A stretch of DNA of 64,000 nucleotides from Candidatus Latescibacterota bacterium. Its GTDB lineage: Bacteria > Latescibacterota > UBA2968 > GCA-2709665. The notes below the pieces were generated by a model that saw only the letters and a list, made by a program, of their open reading frames with translations, searched no databases and was not told the DNA's origin. This document shows positions 52,656-62,746 of the stretch, one piece after another. Within the stretch, counting starts at the first letter, position 1. Each line of letters opens with the position of its first letter. The stretch lies in NCBI GenBank assembly GCA_965226795.1, contig CBDDDZ010000003.1, forward strand, positions 1 through 64,000, in the 5' to 3' direction. The translations under genes and the position numbers were made by a program.

Positions 52656-53657
52656 TTACAGATGGACCGCCTGTTTTGTCCGCGCGGACTCTACGATGGC
52701 CAGGCCCACGCGAAGGGCATTGCGCGCATCCTGCAATGTGCCGTGCGCCGGATTTCGATGTTCGATGACGCAGTCCGCGAAGTGGGTGAGTTCCTGCTCC
52801 ATTGCCCCGACGATTCTCCCGTGAAGTTCAGGCGCAAGATAAAGATCCGGGCTGGACGTTGCTTCGCCGGTCCATATCCATGAGGCGTCGTTGGGTTCCA
52901 CGATGTGAGCCGTCCCGTCCGTGCCGACCACTTCGAGGCCTGCGTCGGACCAGTAGAGCCGGCGGTCGGGCATGAAAAAACTCTGTTCGATGACGCCGAC
53001 GAGACCGCTTTGAAAAGTGAGCATGGCCCACCAGGTATCGGGACGGTCCGGTTCCGTCATGCTGCGCGTTCTGGTATAGACTTCCCGTACTTCCTCGCCG
53101 GCCATCCAGAGCAACTGGTCGATGGTGTGAATCCCGGGCTGAAGGACGAGGGGATAGGGTTTGAAACGCGGAGCGTCCAGGATGCCGCGCCAGATGTTCC
53201 GGCGACCGTAGATGGAGACGAGTTCTCCCAGGTCGCCCGCGTCGATTTTCTGTTTAATGTTCCCGCGCCGGACGTCGAAACGTTCGAGGAATCCGACCAT
53301 GAAAACGACGCCGCTCTTTTCCGCCTCGTCGATGAGCCGGTCGTTTTCATCCAGACTGTCGGTCAGCAGGATCTCGCTGAAGACGTGTTTCCGCCGTCGA
53401 AGCGCGGCGAGGGCGATTTCGGTGTGCCGGCCCACCTCGGTGACGATGTCGACGCCGTCCACGTCGGGATCGCGCATCAGGTCTCTATAGTCCGTATAGT
53501 GCCTGGGTACGTTGTATGTCGAGGCGACGCTACCCGCGCGTTCCGCCGAGCGGGAACAGACCGCCGTGAGTTCGACATGAAGAAGTTGGGCCAGGACACG
53601 GGCGTGCTGGACGCCGAAACGTCCCAGACCGATGACACCGATTTTTGTACGGTTCAT
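52656..53657 (-). CDS. Gfo/Idh/MocA family oxidoreductase
   Basis: IGVIGLGRFG, GFLERFD, IHTID, C-terminal AIVESA. Confidence 0.9.
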   Translation of the reverse strand: MNRTKIGVIGLGRFGVQHARVLAQLLHVELTAVCSRSAERAGSVASTYNVPRHYTDYRDLMRDPDVDGVDIVTEVGRHTEIALAALRRRKHVFSEILLTDSLDENDRLIDEAEKSGVVFMVGFLERFDVRRGNIKQKIDAGDLGELVSIYGRRNIWRGILDAPRFKPYPLVLQPGIHTIDQLLWMAGEEVREVYTRTRSMTEPDRPDTWWAMLTFQSGLVGVIEQSFFMPDRRLYWSDAGLEVVGTDGTAHIVEPNDASWIWTGEATSSPDLYLAPELHGRIVGAMEQELTHFADCVIEHRNPAHGTLQDARNALRVGLAIVESARTKQAVHL

Positions 53658-54655
53658 GTCGCGTTCAGGTTGACAACAACCCTGCCCTTCTGTTGGCCTT
53701 TCAGCATTCGTTGAATTTCCGGTTCGAGCGTCTCCAGCCCACATTCCATTACGAGGTCGTCTGACGCATCGATCTTCCAGGGTCCCGCGATCTTTTTCCA
53801 GATATCTGTTCTTTCCGGCATAGGGCACTCGGCGGAGTCGATGCCATGGAGGCCGACGCCTCGCAGGATGAAAGGGTAGACGCTGGTGCTCAGATCCGCG
53901 GACGCAACGAGACCGCAGCACGCGACAATGCCCCGGCGGCGGGTGGATTTGAGGGCGGTTGCCAGAATGTTGCCTCCCACGGTATCCACGACGCCCGCCC
54001 AGCGTTCTGCCAGAAGCGGACGTCCGCCGGCATCGTCGACGTCGTTTCGATGCACGACCGAGGTGGCCCCTAGGTCGTGCAGGAACCGCGCCTTGTCCGT
54101 CTTGCCGGTGGCCGCGGCCACCGTGTACCCCAGCCGGGCGAGTATGGCGACCGAGAGGCTGCCGACGCCCCCCGTGGCGCCGGTGACGAGAATCTCGCCG
54201 CAGCCGGGAACAACGCCATGGCCTTCCAGTCTTTGCACCGACATGGCGGCGGTGAATCCGGCGGTACCGTAGACCATGGCCTCTCGCAAGGTGAGGCCGT
54301 TTGGGAGTGGGACGATCCACCCGGCGGGTACGCGGATGTACTGGCCGAATCCGCCGGGTGTGTTTACACCCAGGTCGTAGCTTGTGACAATGACTTCATC
54401 GCCCGGTCGGAAGCGTCCGTCCGGGCTTTCCGCGACAACGCCCGCGGCGTCGATGCCGGGCGTATGCGGGTAGCGCCTGGTGACGCCGCGATGGCCGGTG
54501 GCTGACAGCGCGTCCTTGTAGTTCAGCGAGGAGTAGTGGACCCGGATCAGGACGTCGCCTGCCGGCAGTTCATCGATGCACCGGCGCTCCACCCTGCGGA
54601 TATAGTCGTTGTTCTCCTGGCTCACGACCAGGCATTTAAAGCTTCGGTCGGTCAT
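53654..54655 (-). CDS. YhdH/YhfP (AcuI-like) medium-chain oxidoreductase
   Basis: YSSLNYKDAL, PGIDAAG, GTAGFTA, VTGATGGVG, PFILRGV..GIDS. Confidence 0.92.
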   Translation of the reverse strand: MTDRSFKCLVVSQENNDYIRRVERRCIDELPAGDVLIRVHYSSLNYKDALSATGHRGVTRRYPHTPGIDAAGVVAESPDGRFRPGDEVIVTSYDLGVNTPGGFGQYIRVPAGWIVPLPNGLTLREAMVYGTAGFTAAMSVQRLEGHGVVPGCGEILVTGATGGVGSLSVAILARLGYTVAAATGKTDKARFLHDLGATSVVHRNDVDDAGGRPLLAERWAGVVDTVGGNILATALKSTRRRGIVACCGLVASADLSTSVYPFILRGVGLHGIDSAECPMPERTDIWKKIAGPWKIDASDDLVMECGLETLEPEIQRMLKGQQKGRVVVNLNAT

Positions 54656-54726
54656 ACCCCTTTCCGTGTCTTTCTACGCCGGAAGCGGATTCCTTTCTGT
54701 TGCGCCGCCGGGGCGCGCCCGGTCGT

Positions 54727-55866
54727 TCAGGAGAAGAATCGTGTGATCCGATAGGCGTCAAGTTCAATTGGAAGACCCCTGCCCATGATGAGATCGGCAA
54801 TGAGTTTTCCGCTGTACGGACCCAGCTGCAGGCCGGTGGGCCCATGCCCGGTTGCCACATAGACGTTTCTCTTACCGGGAACGGGGCCGAGTACGGGCAA
54901 CAGATCCTGCGTATACGGACGCAGGCCGACTCGAATTTCACGGATTTCCGCCGCAGCCAGGCCGGGGGCCACCCGCAGCGCCTCGCCGAGTACTTCCCTC
55001 ACCCCGGCGGCCGTGGCGCGGGCGTCGAAACCGGATCCGGTTTCCCGCGTGGCGCCTACGACCACCCGGTTGTCCGGCCAGGGCACCATATAGTGGCCGC
55101 GAACGGCGCTGACGATTGTCCACGACGACGTATCCGCGCCAGCAGGCAGACCCAGGTGGATGATCTGACCACGCTGGGGTTCTACCGGGATCCGGACCCC
55201 CAGTTGAAGGCCGAACGCGTGCGACCACGCGCCACCCGCGATGACCACACCGGCAGCCGAAATGCTCCCTGCATCCGTGACGACACCGGTGACCGTGTCG
55301 TTGTCCATGAGCAAGCCTTCAACGCCCGCCTGTTGGATGGTCAGCCCACGGGCCTCAGCGGCCCGGCGCAGGGCGCCCGTCAGGAGGCGGCCGTCGACAC
55401 GGGCGGCCTCTCGGTAGTAGATGGCCCCCTGGACGTCGGCCAGGGCCGGAAACCGGCTGCGGGCTTCTTCGGACGATATTTCATACAGATCCTCCGCGGA
55501 GGGTTCCCCGCGGCGACTCCGGCGGTTGAAAATGCGGCGGCGCGCAATGTCAAAGGGCTCCAGTTCGTCGTCTGACACGGCAACGATCATCATGCCGCAG
55601 ACGGCGAAACCGGTTTCTCCCGCCTGTTCGGCTGTCAGATTCTCGATCAGTCCGGGATAGTACTCAACGGCAAGAGAGGCCAGGCGCTGCCATGGGTCCG
55701 GATCCCGTGTATTGGTGGCCGGAGACAGAATACCCGCGCCGGCATCCGTAGCGCGACCCTTGTCCATACGGTCGACAAGCAGGGTTCGTGCGCCTGCGCT
55801 GACGAGATGGTAGGCGGCGGACATCCCCACAATCCCCCCACCGATGACAATGGCGTCATAGCTCAT
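54727..55866 (-). CDS. FAD-dependent oxidoreductase (DAO/DadA family)
   Basis: GGGIVG, AGAG, AGGAWS, PQRGQ, GLRP, ATGHG. Confidence 0.92.
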   Translation of the reverse strand: MSYDAIVIGGGIVGMSAAYHLVSAGARTLLVDRMDKGRATDAGAGILSPATNTRDPDPWQRLASLAVEYYPGLIENLTAEQAGETGFAVCGMMIVAVSDDELEPFDIARRRIFNRRSRRGEPSAEDLYEISSEEARSRFPALADVQGAIYYREAARVDGRLLTGALRRAAEARGLTIQQAGVEGLLMDNDTVTGVVTDAGSISAAGVVIAGGAWSHAFGLQLGVRIPVEPQRGQIIHLGLPAGADTSSWTIVSAVRGHYMVPWPDNRVVVGATRETGSGFDARATAAGVREVLGEALRVAPGLAAAEIREIRVGLRPYTQDLLPVLGPVPGKRNVYVATGHGPTGLQLGPYSGKLIADLIMGRGLPIELDAYRITRFFS

Positions 55867-55999
55867 CTTGAACCCTGTGTTTATTGAAAACCCGCATACG
55901 AAACGTCCGATGAAAACGTGCCGGCCGAAACGCTCGAGACAGCGGGGCGGCTGTTTCCCGCCGCCGTTCCCGGAGGGGCTGCAAATTCACCGGTGCCGT

Positions 56000-56848
56000 T
56001 CAGAACGGCCGGTCGCCCCTGATGGTGATCCGGTGCATCGTGCGCCGGTGGCCGTGATAATCGTTGACCGCGTAGTGCTGCGTGCAGCGGTTGTCCCAGA
56101 GCGCAACGGTATTGTCCCGCCAGCGGTAACGGCAGGTGAATTCCGGCTTTGCGGTCTGCCGGTAAAGATATTCGAGGATCGGACGGCTTTCGGCCGGGGT
56201 CATATCCTTGAAGTGCGATGTGAAAAAGGGGTTGACGTAGAGCAATTTTCGGCCGGTTTCGGGATGGGTGCGGAAAATGGGGTGCTCCACGGGTGGCATG
56301 TTTTCGCTGGCGGCTTCAATGTCTTCCGCGCTGGCTTTGGTTCTTCCGAGCCGGGCCGCCTCCAGAAAGATCCGTGTATAGTCGTGTACGGCGAACCGGC
56401 CGCCGAGCATCTGTTTCAGGCCGTCGGACAGGGATTCGTAGACAAGGTACATGTTGGCAAAGAGGGTGTCGCCTCCGTACGGCGGAACGGTCAGGGCGTA
56501 GAGAATGGAGCCCACCGGCGGGGTCTCCAGGAACGACATGTCGGAATGCCAGCCATTCCCGACGTTGGTGTCCGCGGTTTCCTTTTTTTGCAGAAGGACG
56601 ATTTCGGGATGGTCTTCCAGGTTCGGCAGAAAGGGATGGATGTCCAGTTCACCGAATCTCCGGCCAAAGGCGATGAGCGCCTCCGGACCGAGGTGCTGAT
56701 CCGGGAAGAAAAGCACATGGTGTTCCAGGAAGGCCGCATGGATACCCGCAAATACATCGTTGTCAAGCGGCCGTGAAAGATCGACGCCCGTGACTTCAGC
56801 CCCCAGGGAGCCCGCGATGGGTTTGATGCTGGTCTGTCCCGAAATCAT
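56000..56848 (-). CDS. TauD/TfdA family 2-oxoglutarate dioxygenase
   Basis: LGAEVTGVDL, WHSD, GGDTLF, HPETGR, WDNRCTQH. Confidence 0.93.
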   Translation of the reverse strand: MISGQTSIKPIAGSLGAEVTGVDLSRPLDNDVFAGIHAAFLEHHVLFFPDQHLGPEALIAFGRRFGELDIHPFLPNLEDHPEIVLLQKKETADTNVGNGWHSDMSFLETPPVGSILYALTVPPYGGDTLFANMYLVYESLSDGLKQMLGGRFAVHDYTRIFLEAARLGRTKASAEDIEAASENMPPVEHPIFRTHPETGRKLLYVNPFFTSHFKDMTPAESRPILEYLYRQTAKPEFTCRYRWRDNTVALWDNRCTQHYAVNDYHGHRRTMHRITIRGDRPF

Positions 56849-57002
56849 GGTTGCATTCCTGAGTGTTCGATCCGTTGAACCCGGCCCCCACCGCCGTGTG
56901 GACCGGCCGCGCCCAGGACCGCCCGCAACCCGAAACACCGGGTCCGGAGCCGCGCCTCCGCGTCACTTCTGTATTCCACACACGATGGTTTCTGCCGGCT
57001 CC

Positions 57003-57779
57003 TTACGCTTCCATCCCGTCGATTGCGCTCATCTCGTCTTCGGACAGGGTCCAATTGAAAACATCCAGGTTGGCGCGGAGATGCTGTTCCGTGCTGGCTT
57101 TCGGAATGACGTTCATGCCCTTCTGGAGCAGCCACCTGAGCGCGACGTGCGCGGACGTCTTGTCGTGGCTGCGGGCGATGTTCGTCAGTACGGGATCCTG
57201 AAGGATATTCTTTTTGCCCAGTGGCGAGTAGGCCGTTACGGCCACCTTGTGTTCCAGGCACCACTGCAGCACGTCGCGCTGTTCATAGCCCGGATGGTAC
57301 TTGATCTGGTTGACGCTGATGGGCGCCTTCGAGATGGATCGGGCGTGTTCCATCTGTTCGACGGAGAAGTTGCTGACGCCGATGCTTCTGGCCTTGCCGG
57401 CGTCGAGGATCGCGTTGAAGGCGCCAATTGGTTCTTCCATGGGCACGCAATCTGGCGGCCAGTGTACCAGCAGCAGATCCACGTAGTCCATCTGCAGAGA
57501 CTGTAGATTCTCATCCGCCTGTTTGATGGCGACGTCGTAATGCAGGTAGTCCTTGCCGACCTTGGTCGTTACGAACAGCCTTGAACGGTCGACGCCGGCC
57601 TCCCGGAGCGCTTCGCCGATCTCCCGCTGGTTCCCGTAGATCCAGGCCGTATCGAAGTGGGTGTAGCCGAGCTCGAGTGCCTGTTTGATCACCTGCTTGC
57701 ACGATTCGCCTTTCAGCGGATAGGTGCCGAGGCCCACAACCGGCATGGTGTGACCGGAAAGCAGGGTCAAGGATTCCAT
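57003..57779 (-). CDS. Aldo/keto reductase
   Basis: GLGT, DTAWIY, LLLVHWP, IGVSNF, AYSPLG, IPKA. Confidence 0.95.
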   Translation of the reverse strand: MESLTLLSGHTMPVVGLGTYPLKGESCKQVIKQALELGYTHFDTAWIYGNQREIGEALREAGVDRSRLFVTTKVGKDYLHYDVAIKQADENLQSLQMDYVDLLLVHWPPDCVPMEEPIGAFNAILDAGKARSIGVSNFSVEQMEHARSISKAPISVNQIKYHPGYEQRDVLQWCLEHKVAVTAYSPLGKKNILQDPVLTNIARSHDKTSAHVALRWLLQKGMNVIPKASTEQHLRANLDVFNWTLSEDEMSAIDGMEA

Positions 57780-57944
57780 CGTCTACTCCCTGGTGTCGAG
57801 GCGGCAAAGAGTCATCATCGCACGCAACCAATACAAGGCTGCCAGGCGCGAATAACTGGTGGCTGCGGCCCGTAAATTACGTAGAAAAACATATGGACGG
57901 CAAGTTGTAACGGAGCCGGGGGCAACGGACAGGACTTCAGGCAT

Positions 57945-58721
57945 TCAGGAAGGTGTAACAATATTGGGGCGGTTGTAGGTATCGGGTTCTTCTCGGAGGG
58001 AGTAACCCAGGTCTTCCAGCCGGTATCGTGGACGGTAACCGAGGATCTTCGCAGCCCGGGAGAGATCCCAGCGGCGCCGGGTGCTTTCACCGACAAGGGT
58101 GATTATTTCGTAGCCGATGTCGGGAGCCTCGAGTGCGAGTTTGTAGGCCTGAATAAGGTCTGGAAAGGCGAGCCACTGGGGAAGGATGGGTGCATTCCTG
58201 AATTCCGGGTCGTCAATATCGAAGGGTTTGGGGATGCGCAGACAGAGTGCGGAGATACCGTGCAGTTCGGCGTAGTATTCAGCGATTTTTTCGCCCAGGT
58301 ATTTCGTGAGGGCGTAGCTCCCTACGGGTCTGGCCGGCGCGTCGCCCGCGACCCACTGCGGCGGGGGATAGCCCCAGACAACGGTCAGGCTGCTGGTGTA
58401 GATCACCCGCTTGAGCCGATGACGCCGGGCGGCTTCAAAGAGGTTGTAGGTGCCTTTAACGTTGATATCCATCCGCTGGCTGTTGAAGGCGTCGTCTTCG
58501 TAGTCGCCTTCCCTTCCGGTGGCGATGGCCAGGTGGATGGCCATGTCCATCCCTTCAGCGGCATCGCAGACCTGGTCGATATCCGTAATGTTCACCTGAT
58601 GCCAGCGGGAATCATCCGGAATATGACGCCGGCTCAAGAGGCGCAGTTCGTGTTCGCCCTCGAGCGCGGGTACCAGCCTGCTGCCGATGACGCCCGTAGC
58701 GCCTGTGATGAGGATTTTCAT
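57945..58721 (-). CDS. NAD-dependent epimerase/dehydratase family protein
   Basis: TGATGVIG, NVKGTYN, YTSS, YALTK. Confidence 0.92.
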   Translation of the reverse strand: MKILITGATGVIGSRLVPALEGEHELRLLSRRHIPDDSRWHQVNITDIDQVCDAAEGMDMAIHLAIATGREGDYEDDAFNSQRMDINVKGTYNLFEAARRHRLKRVIYTSSLTVVWGYPPPQWVAGDAPARPVGSYALTKYLGEKIAEYYAELHGISALCLRIPKPFDIDDPEFRNAPILPQWLAFPDLIQAYKLALEAPDIGYEIITLVGESTRRRWDLSRAAKILGYRPRYRLEDLGYSLREEPDTYNRPNIVTPS

Positions 58722-59446
58722 AGTGGGGTAGTTTCAGATATACGTTGGGGATCCCCGTCCGGCGACGCGAAACAGGAGGACTCGTGAATCAGGGTAACCG
58801 GAGACGTTTGAGACGTTGCATCCTTTGCTAATTCGTTAAATTGCCTCTCCGGTTGGTCGGTAGATTATACAACTGAGAAGTTCCAAATATCCTGCTTTTT
58901 CACGGATGACTTGGCGCACTAAACTAATCGACGGATCAAGTTGGATCTCAATCCAAAACCAAGGATAAGTCGACGGGATTTACTGCTTGACCGGACCGTA
59001 GCGCAACATTACACTTTCTTTGATTTTGCATCTGTGAATGCCGGACTTGAATTTTGCTATGGTCCTACAACTGCAGTACATGGCTATTGGCAATACAAGT
59101 TGGCGTGAAAAAAATGAAGAAGGACTTTACATAGGAAATATAGTGGTGATGGCTCGTTCGGTCAATTCAACGTCATATGTTCTATCGGCGCGAGAGGTTG
59201 ATTGGAGACGGGGGAAATGCAGACGAGCACCTCAAACTTCCTTGTGAAGGTCTCCAATCCATGAAAGAAGATCGGCTCTCGCCGATTGTTTCATGCGGCT
59301 TCGGCAGATTCCAACCACCAAATGAGCGCGAATCGAGGGCTATTGTTGGAGAAAGCTCTTGTGATCTTTGTCCTATTATTGTTATACTATAATCGTCTAG
59401 ACGATTAGGTAGTTCTTGCGAATTGACAAAATGTCATTTTGCAGGC

Positions 59447-59476
59447 CCCACGGGTTTCGGCCCGTGGGATTTTTTT
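59447..59476 (+). terminator. Intrinsic-terminator-like hairpin directly upstream of the NYN gene
   Basis: CCCACGGGT-TTCG-GCCCGTGGG followed by A and T7. Confidence 0.7.
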
Positions 59477-59487
59477 GGAACATTTTT

Positions 59488-60117
59488 ATGAGTCGTAAGA
59501 AAAAGATAGAAGTTTACATTGACGGTTACAGTCTATACCATGCCATTGATGATTTAGCTAAACCTTATCTTAAGTGGGTTGATTTATGGAAATTGTCGGC
59601 TTGTTTTGTTCCTTCTAGAACACATACATTAACAAGCGTTTATTATTTTTCTGCTATAGCTAAATGGCGAAGGAGTTCGGCTAGAAGGCATCGAATTTAC
59701 ATAAATGCCTTAGAAGCCAAAAAGGTGCAGATTACGTTAGGAGAATTTAAAGAAAGGCAAGAGTCTTGTAAGAGATGTAAATACTCATGGAAACGACATG
59801 AAGAAAAACGAACTGACGCAAATATTGCTGCGGCCTTAATGGCTGGTGCACTTAGAAATAGATACGATGAGGCTTTTTTAATATCTCAAGATACTGATTT
59901 TTCTACAGTTGTTGACGCAATTGTACGTTATAGCAGAAAGCCAATTAAGCTTGTTTTACCACCAAAAACCGTTCACATTCAAAGTCTAATAGATGCTGCG
60001 TCTTCAAAGGCAAAGATCACAGAAGCACACCTTGAACGATGCCAGCTAGATGAATTAATAATTGATACTAAGACCGGACAATCAATTGAAAGACCACAAG
60101 AATGGATGAAGGTATAG
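59488..60117 (+). CDS. NYN domain (PIN-like) RNase
   Basis: VYIDGYSLYH, VYYFSA, EEKRTDANIA, LISQDTDF; AT-rich. Confidence 0.9.
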   Translation: MSRKKKIEVYIDGYSLYHAIDDLAKPYLKWVDLWKLSACFVPSRTHTLTSVYYFSAIAKWRRSSARRHRIYINALEAKKVQITLGEFKERQESCKRCKYSWKRHEEKRTDANIAAALMAGALRNRYDEAFLISQDTDFSTVVDAIVRYSRKPIKLVLPPKTVHIQSLIDAASSKAKITEAHLERCQLDELIIDTKTGQSIERPQEWMKV

Positions 60118-60143
60118 TCTACCCATTACATAATACTAAGTTT

Positions 60144-60175
60144 ACCGCCCGTCCTCAAACGAGCGGTTTTTCTTT
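60144..60175 (+). terminator. Probable terminator after the NYN gene
   Basis: ACCGC(C)CGT..ACG(A)GCGGT stem followed by a T run. Confidence 0.5.
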
Positions 60176-60383
60176 ACCCATCGGCAACACTTCATGTGGA
60201 ACTATATACGAAACTCACCTTCAAGGAGGGGGGTGGAACGTGGAAGGGTGGGGTTGGGGGTGAGGGGGCAGGCACGTAGGTAGGGCCCATTCGAAGGAAA
60301 TTTCGATATTTCACGCGAGCGTAGCAACGAGATCATTGATCACATTATGTCATGTCATTGGCAATCACACCAAAGGAGAGTCC

Positions 60384-60989
60384 ATGGCGCAGCCGGCTCA
60401 ATCCACAGCGACGCATCAGGACGACGATCAAGTAAGGACAAGCTATTTCGATGAAATTGACATGCTTCGGTACTTTGTGCGAAATACACACAACGCAGTC
60501 CAATCCTGGGTAGAGCATCGAACAGGCTCCCTGACGACAAGTGTTCGCGATTCAGATGTAGACACCGCCGATTTAACATCGTTCGACGATCGCGGTCAAG
60601 ATAGTGATCAGATATTCCGGTTTACGGAACTGCCACTACACAATGTATGCAGGTCGACGCAGGTTACTTTTCACGCGTTGCACGAGTGGGAAGGTTACGT
60701 CACCGCAATCAACGACAATGAATTCACAGCCCAACTTTCCGACCTCACGTCAGGTTTACCCTATGCTCGCGAAGAAGCGTACATCCCCTTAGACGAAATA
60801 TCGGAAGACGATGCGACAAAAATGAAGGTCGGAAGCATCTTCCGCTGGGTTATCGGCTATGAGCGCACTGGGGTATGGAAAAAACGGGTTTCCAAAATCG
60901 TGTTCCGTGACCTTCCCGTGATCACGAAGTCCGACCTGCGGGACGGAAGAGACTGGGCAGGTGAAGTCCTCAAAGCTTTCGAACAATGA
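60384..60989 (+). CDS. Hypothetical protein
   Basis: AAGGAG RBS; C-terminal LHEWEGYV..FTAQLSDLT..GSIFRWVIGYER domain. Confidence 0.7.
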   Translation: MAQPAQSTATHQDDDQVRTSYFDEIDMLRYFVRNTHNAVQSWVEHRTGSLTTSVRDSDVDTADLTSFDDRGQDSDQIFRFTELPLHNVCRSTQVTFHALHEWEGYVTAINDNEFTAQLSDLTSGLPYAREEAYIPLDEISEDDATKMKVGSIFRWVIGYERTGVWKKRVSKIVFRDLPVITKSDLRDGRDWAGEVLKAFEQ

Positions 60990-61327
60990 CGGAAGCCGCA
61001 ATAGCAGTAGGTCCTCGGAGCGAGAATGAAGTTAAAATTGTCTCAATTGGCCACGATATGGCGGACGCTTTTGGTTTGGGATTCGACTCTTAATCCGTCT
61101 GCCATGCGTTGACAAAGGTTGAGATCGGAGCGTGGCAGATTGAATCGCTCCACGTACAAATCGCCGAGATCCGTAGCAGCGAATGTTGTTTGAATGAAAT
61201 CAGAAGAGCAGCCGATGCAATTGAGATCGGCTGCTCTTTTGTCTCGTGGTTCGATTTCTGGGTGTTGTATTACAACGCGTTACGCCATATTACAACGTCA
61301 CATGCGTTGAATAGATCTTTGCTTCCC

Positions 61328-62372
61328 CTACAGACTGGCGTATGCCAGGCCCAGGACGGCGATGATGCCTGTGGAGGCGAGGCCCAGTGCAAAGGGGCGA
61401 ATCCCGCCGGTCTTGAGCGCGTGGAACTCGGTGATAAGGCCCACGGCTGCCATCGCTCCCGTAATCAGCCATTTGCCGGCGGACGCCAGCAGCAGTCCCA
61501 GATGGAATGTGCGGTCTCCGCCGCCGAGCAGGAAGCGGTCGGTCATATGTACGGTGACTTCCGGTAGAAATCCCGTGGTTCTCAGAAACGCCAGCGCGAG
61601 GAAGAAGATGACGAACGCGGGAATCAGCCTGGCGTAGCTGACCCTTTGCCCCACGTAGACCTCCTGTTTGCGCCGCTGACGGGCGTACACAACGCCAAGA
61701 ATAAAGAGTGCGGGACCAAGCAGTGAGATCCGGGTGAGTTTGACAATGGTGGCGATTTCACCCGCGGTCTGCCCGCCGGTGGGGTGGGCGAAACCCGCCG
61801 CGATGACCTGTGGCGTGGCGTGGATGGCCAGGCCGCACCATTCCCCGTAGGTCTCGGGTGACAGCAGAAGTAGCCCGCCGAGGACCGGGAAGATCAGCAT
61901 GGCCACGACGCCGAGCAGATTGACGGCGGCGATCGAAATCGCGATATCTTCTTCATCGGATTCAATGACAGGTGCGGCGGCAACAATGGCGGCGCTACCG
62001 CAGATGGCGGTGCCAATACCGATCAGCATGGCCAGCTTGCGTTTGACGCTGACAAACCTGGACAGATACCGGGTCGCCAGAACGATGGCGGCGATGATGA
62101 ACGCGGCGCCCGCCAGTACGCGCATCCCGAGCATCAGGAGGTTGTAGAAATCCAGTCCCGCGCCGAGGAGGACGATGCCCAGAGGCAGGACTCTCTTGAT
62201 CACGAAGTCCGTACCGGGTCTGAGCTGCCAGGTTAAGGGCACGAGATTGCGAAGGATGAGGCCGAATAGCAGGGCAAGGAGGACAGCGCTGAGGGGATGG
62301 TGGTTGTCGGAAAGGGTGAAGGGTGGGGCCGGATACTGGTGCAGGACGAACGCCAGCCATGTAAGCGCCGCC
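61328..62372 (-). pseudogene. YeiH-family (putative sulfate exporter) membrane protein lacking its native 5' end
   Basis: LGIVLLG, IGIGTAICGSAAIVA, GLAIHATPQV, VKLTR, AMAAVGL; the frame extends up to AALTWLAF at about 62372, where unrelated sequence begins. Confidence 0.8.
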
Positions 62373-62447
62373 GGGCGGCGAGAGATTGTTGAGCTGCATC
62401 ATCGGGGTTCTGCCGATGAGGTCCGCGATCTGTCTGTGCATTGCCAT
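62365..62447 (-). pseudogene. Cysteine synthase (CysK/CysM-like) 5' fragment
   Basis: MAMHRQIADLIGRTPMMQLNNLSPPGGA matches the PLP fold-II I.xlIGxTPl..L start. Confidence 0.65.
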
Positions 62448-62746
62448 GGAACTGCTCCGGGAAGGCCTGAAGGCGCGACCGGACCGCGCCTGCCGCGATA
62501 TGCAGCTAGAGTACCAAGAACGACCGGGGGTGTCAACGGGAAAGGCGACCCGGCGACGCCTGAGCGGATCGTTGGCGCCGCTAACCGACGCGGGAACAAT
62601 AACCGGCGGGTGGGCGCTTCCCGCCGTTCGCGTCTCCGGCACAGCAATCCAGGTCGATTTTCGTTTTCCTTTTTCGCCCCGTCCTGTTTACTTTGCAGCC
62701 AACAGGGCGCCAAATCCCACTCGACGCGGACGAAAGGAACTTTGAA

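Noticed and set aside
61000..61320. ORF 61109..61567 and hairpin 61204-61238
   Set aside because: The ORF overlaps yeiH antisense and has no motifs; the hairpin is probably just a terminator between convergent genes.
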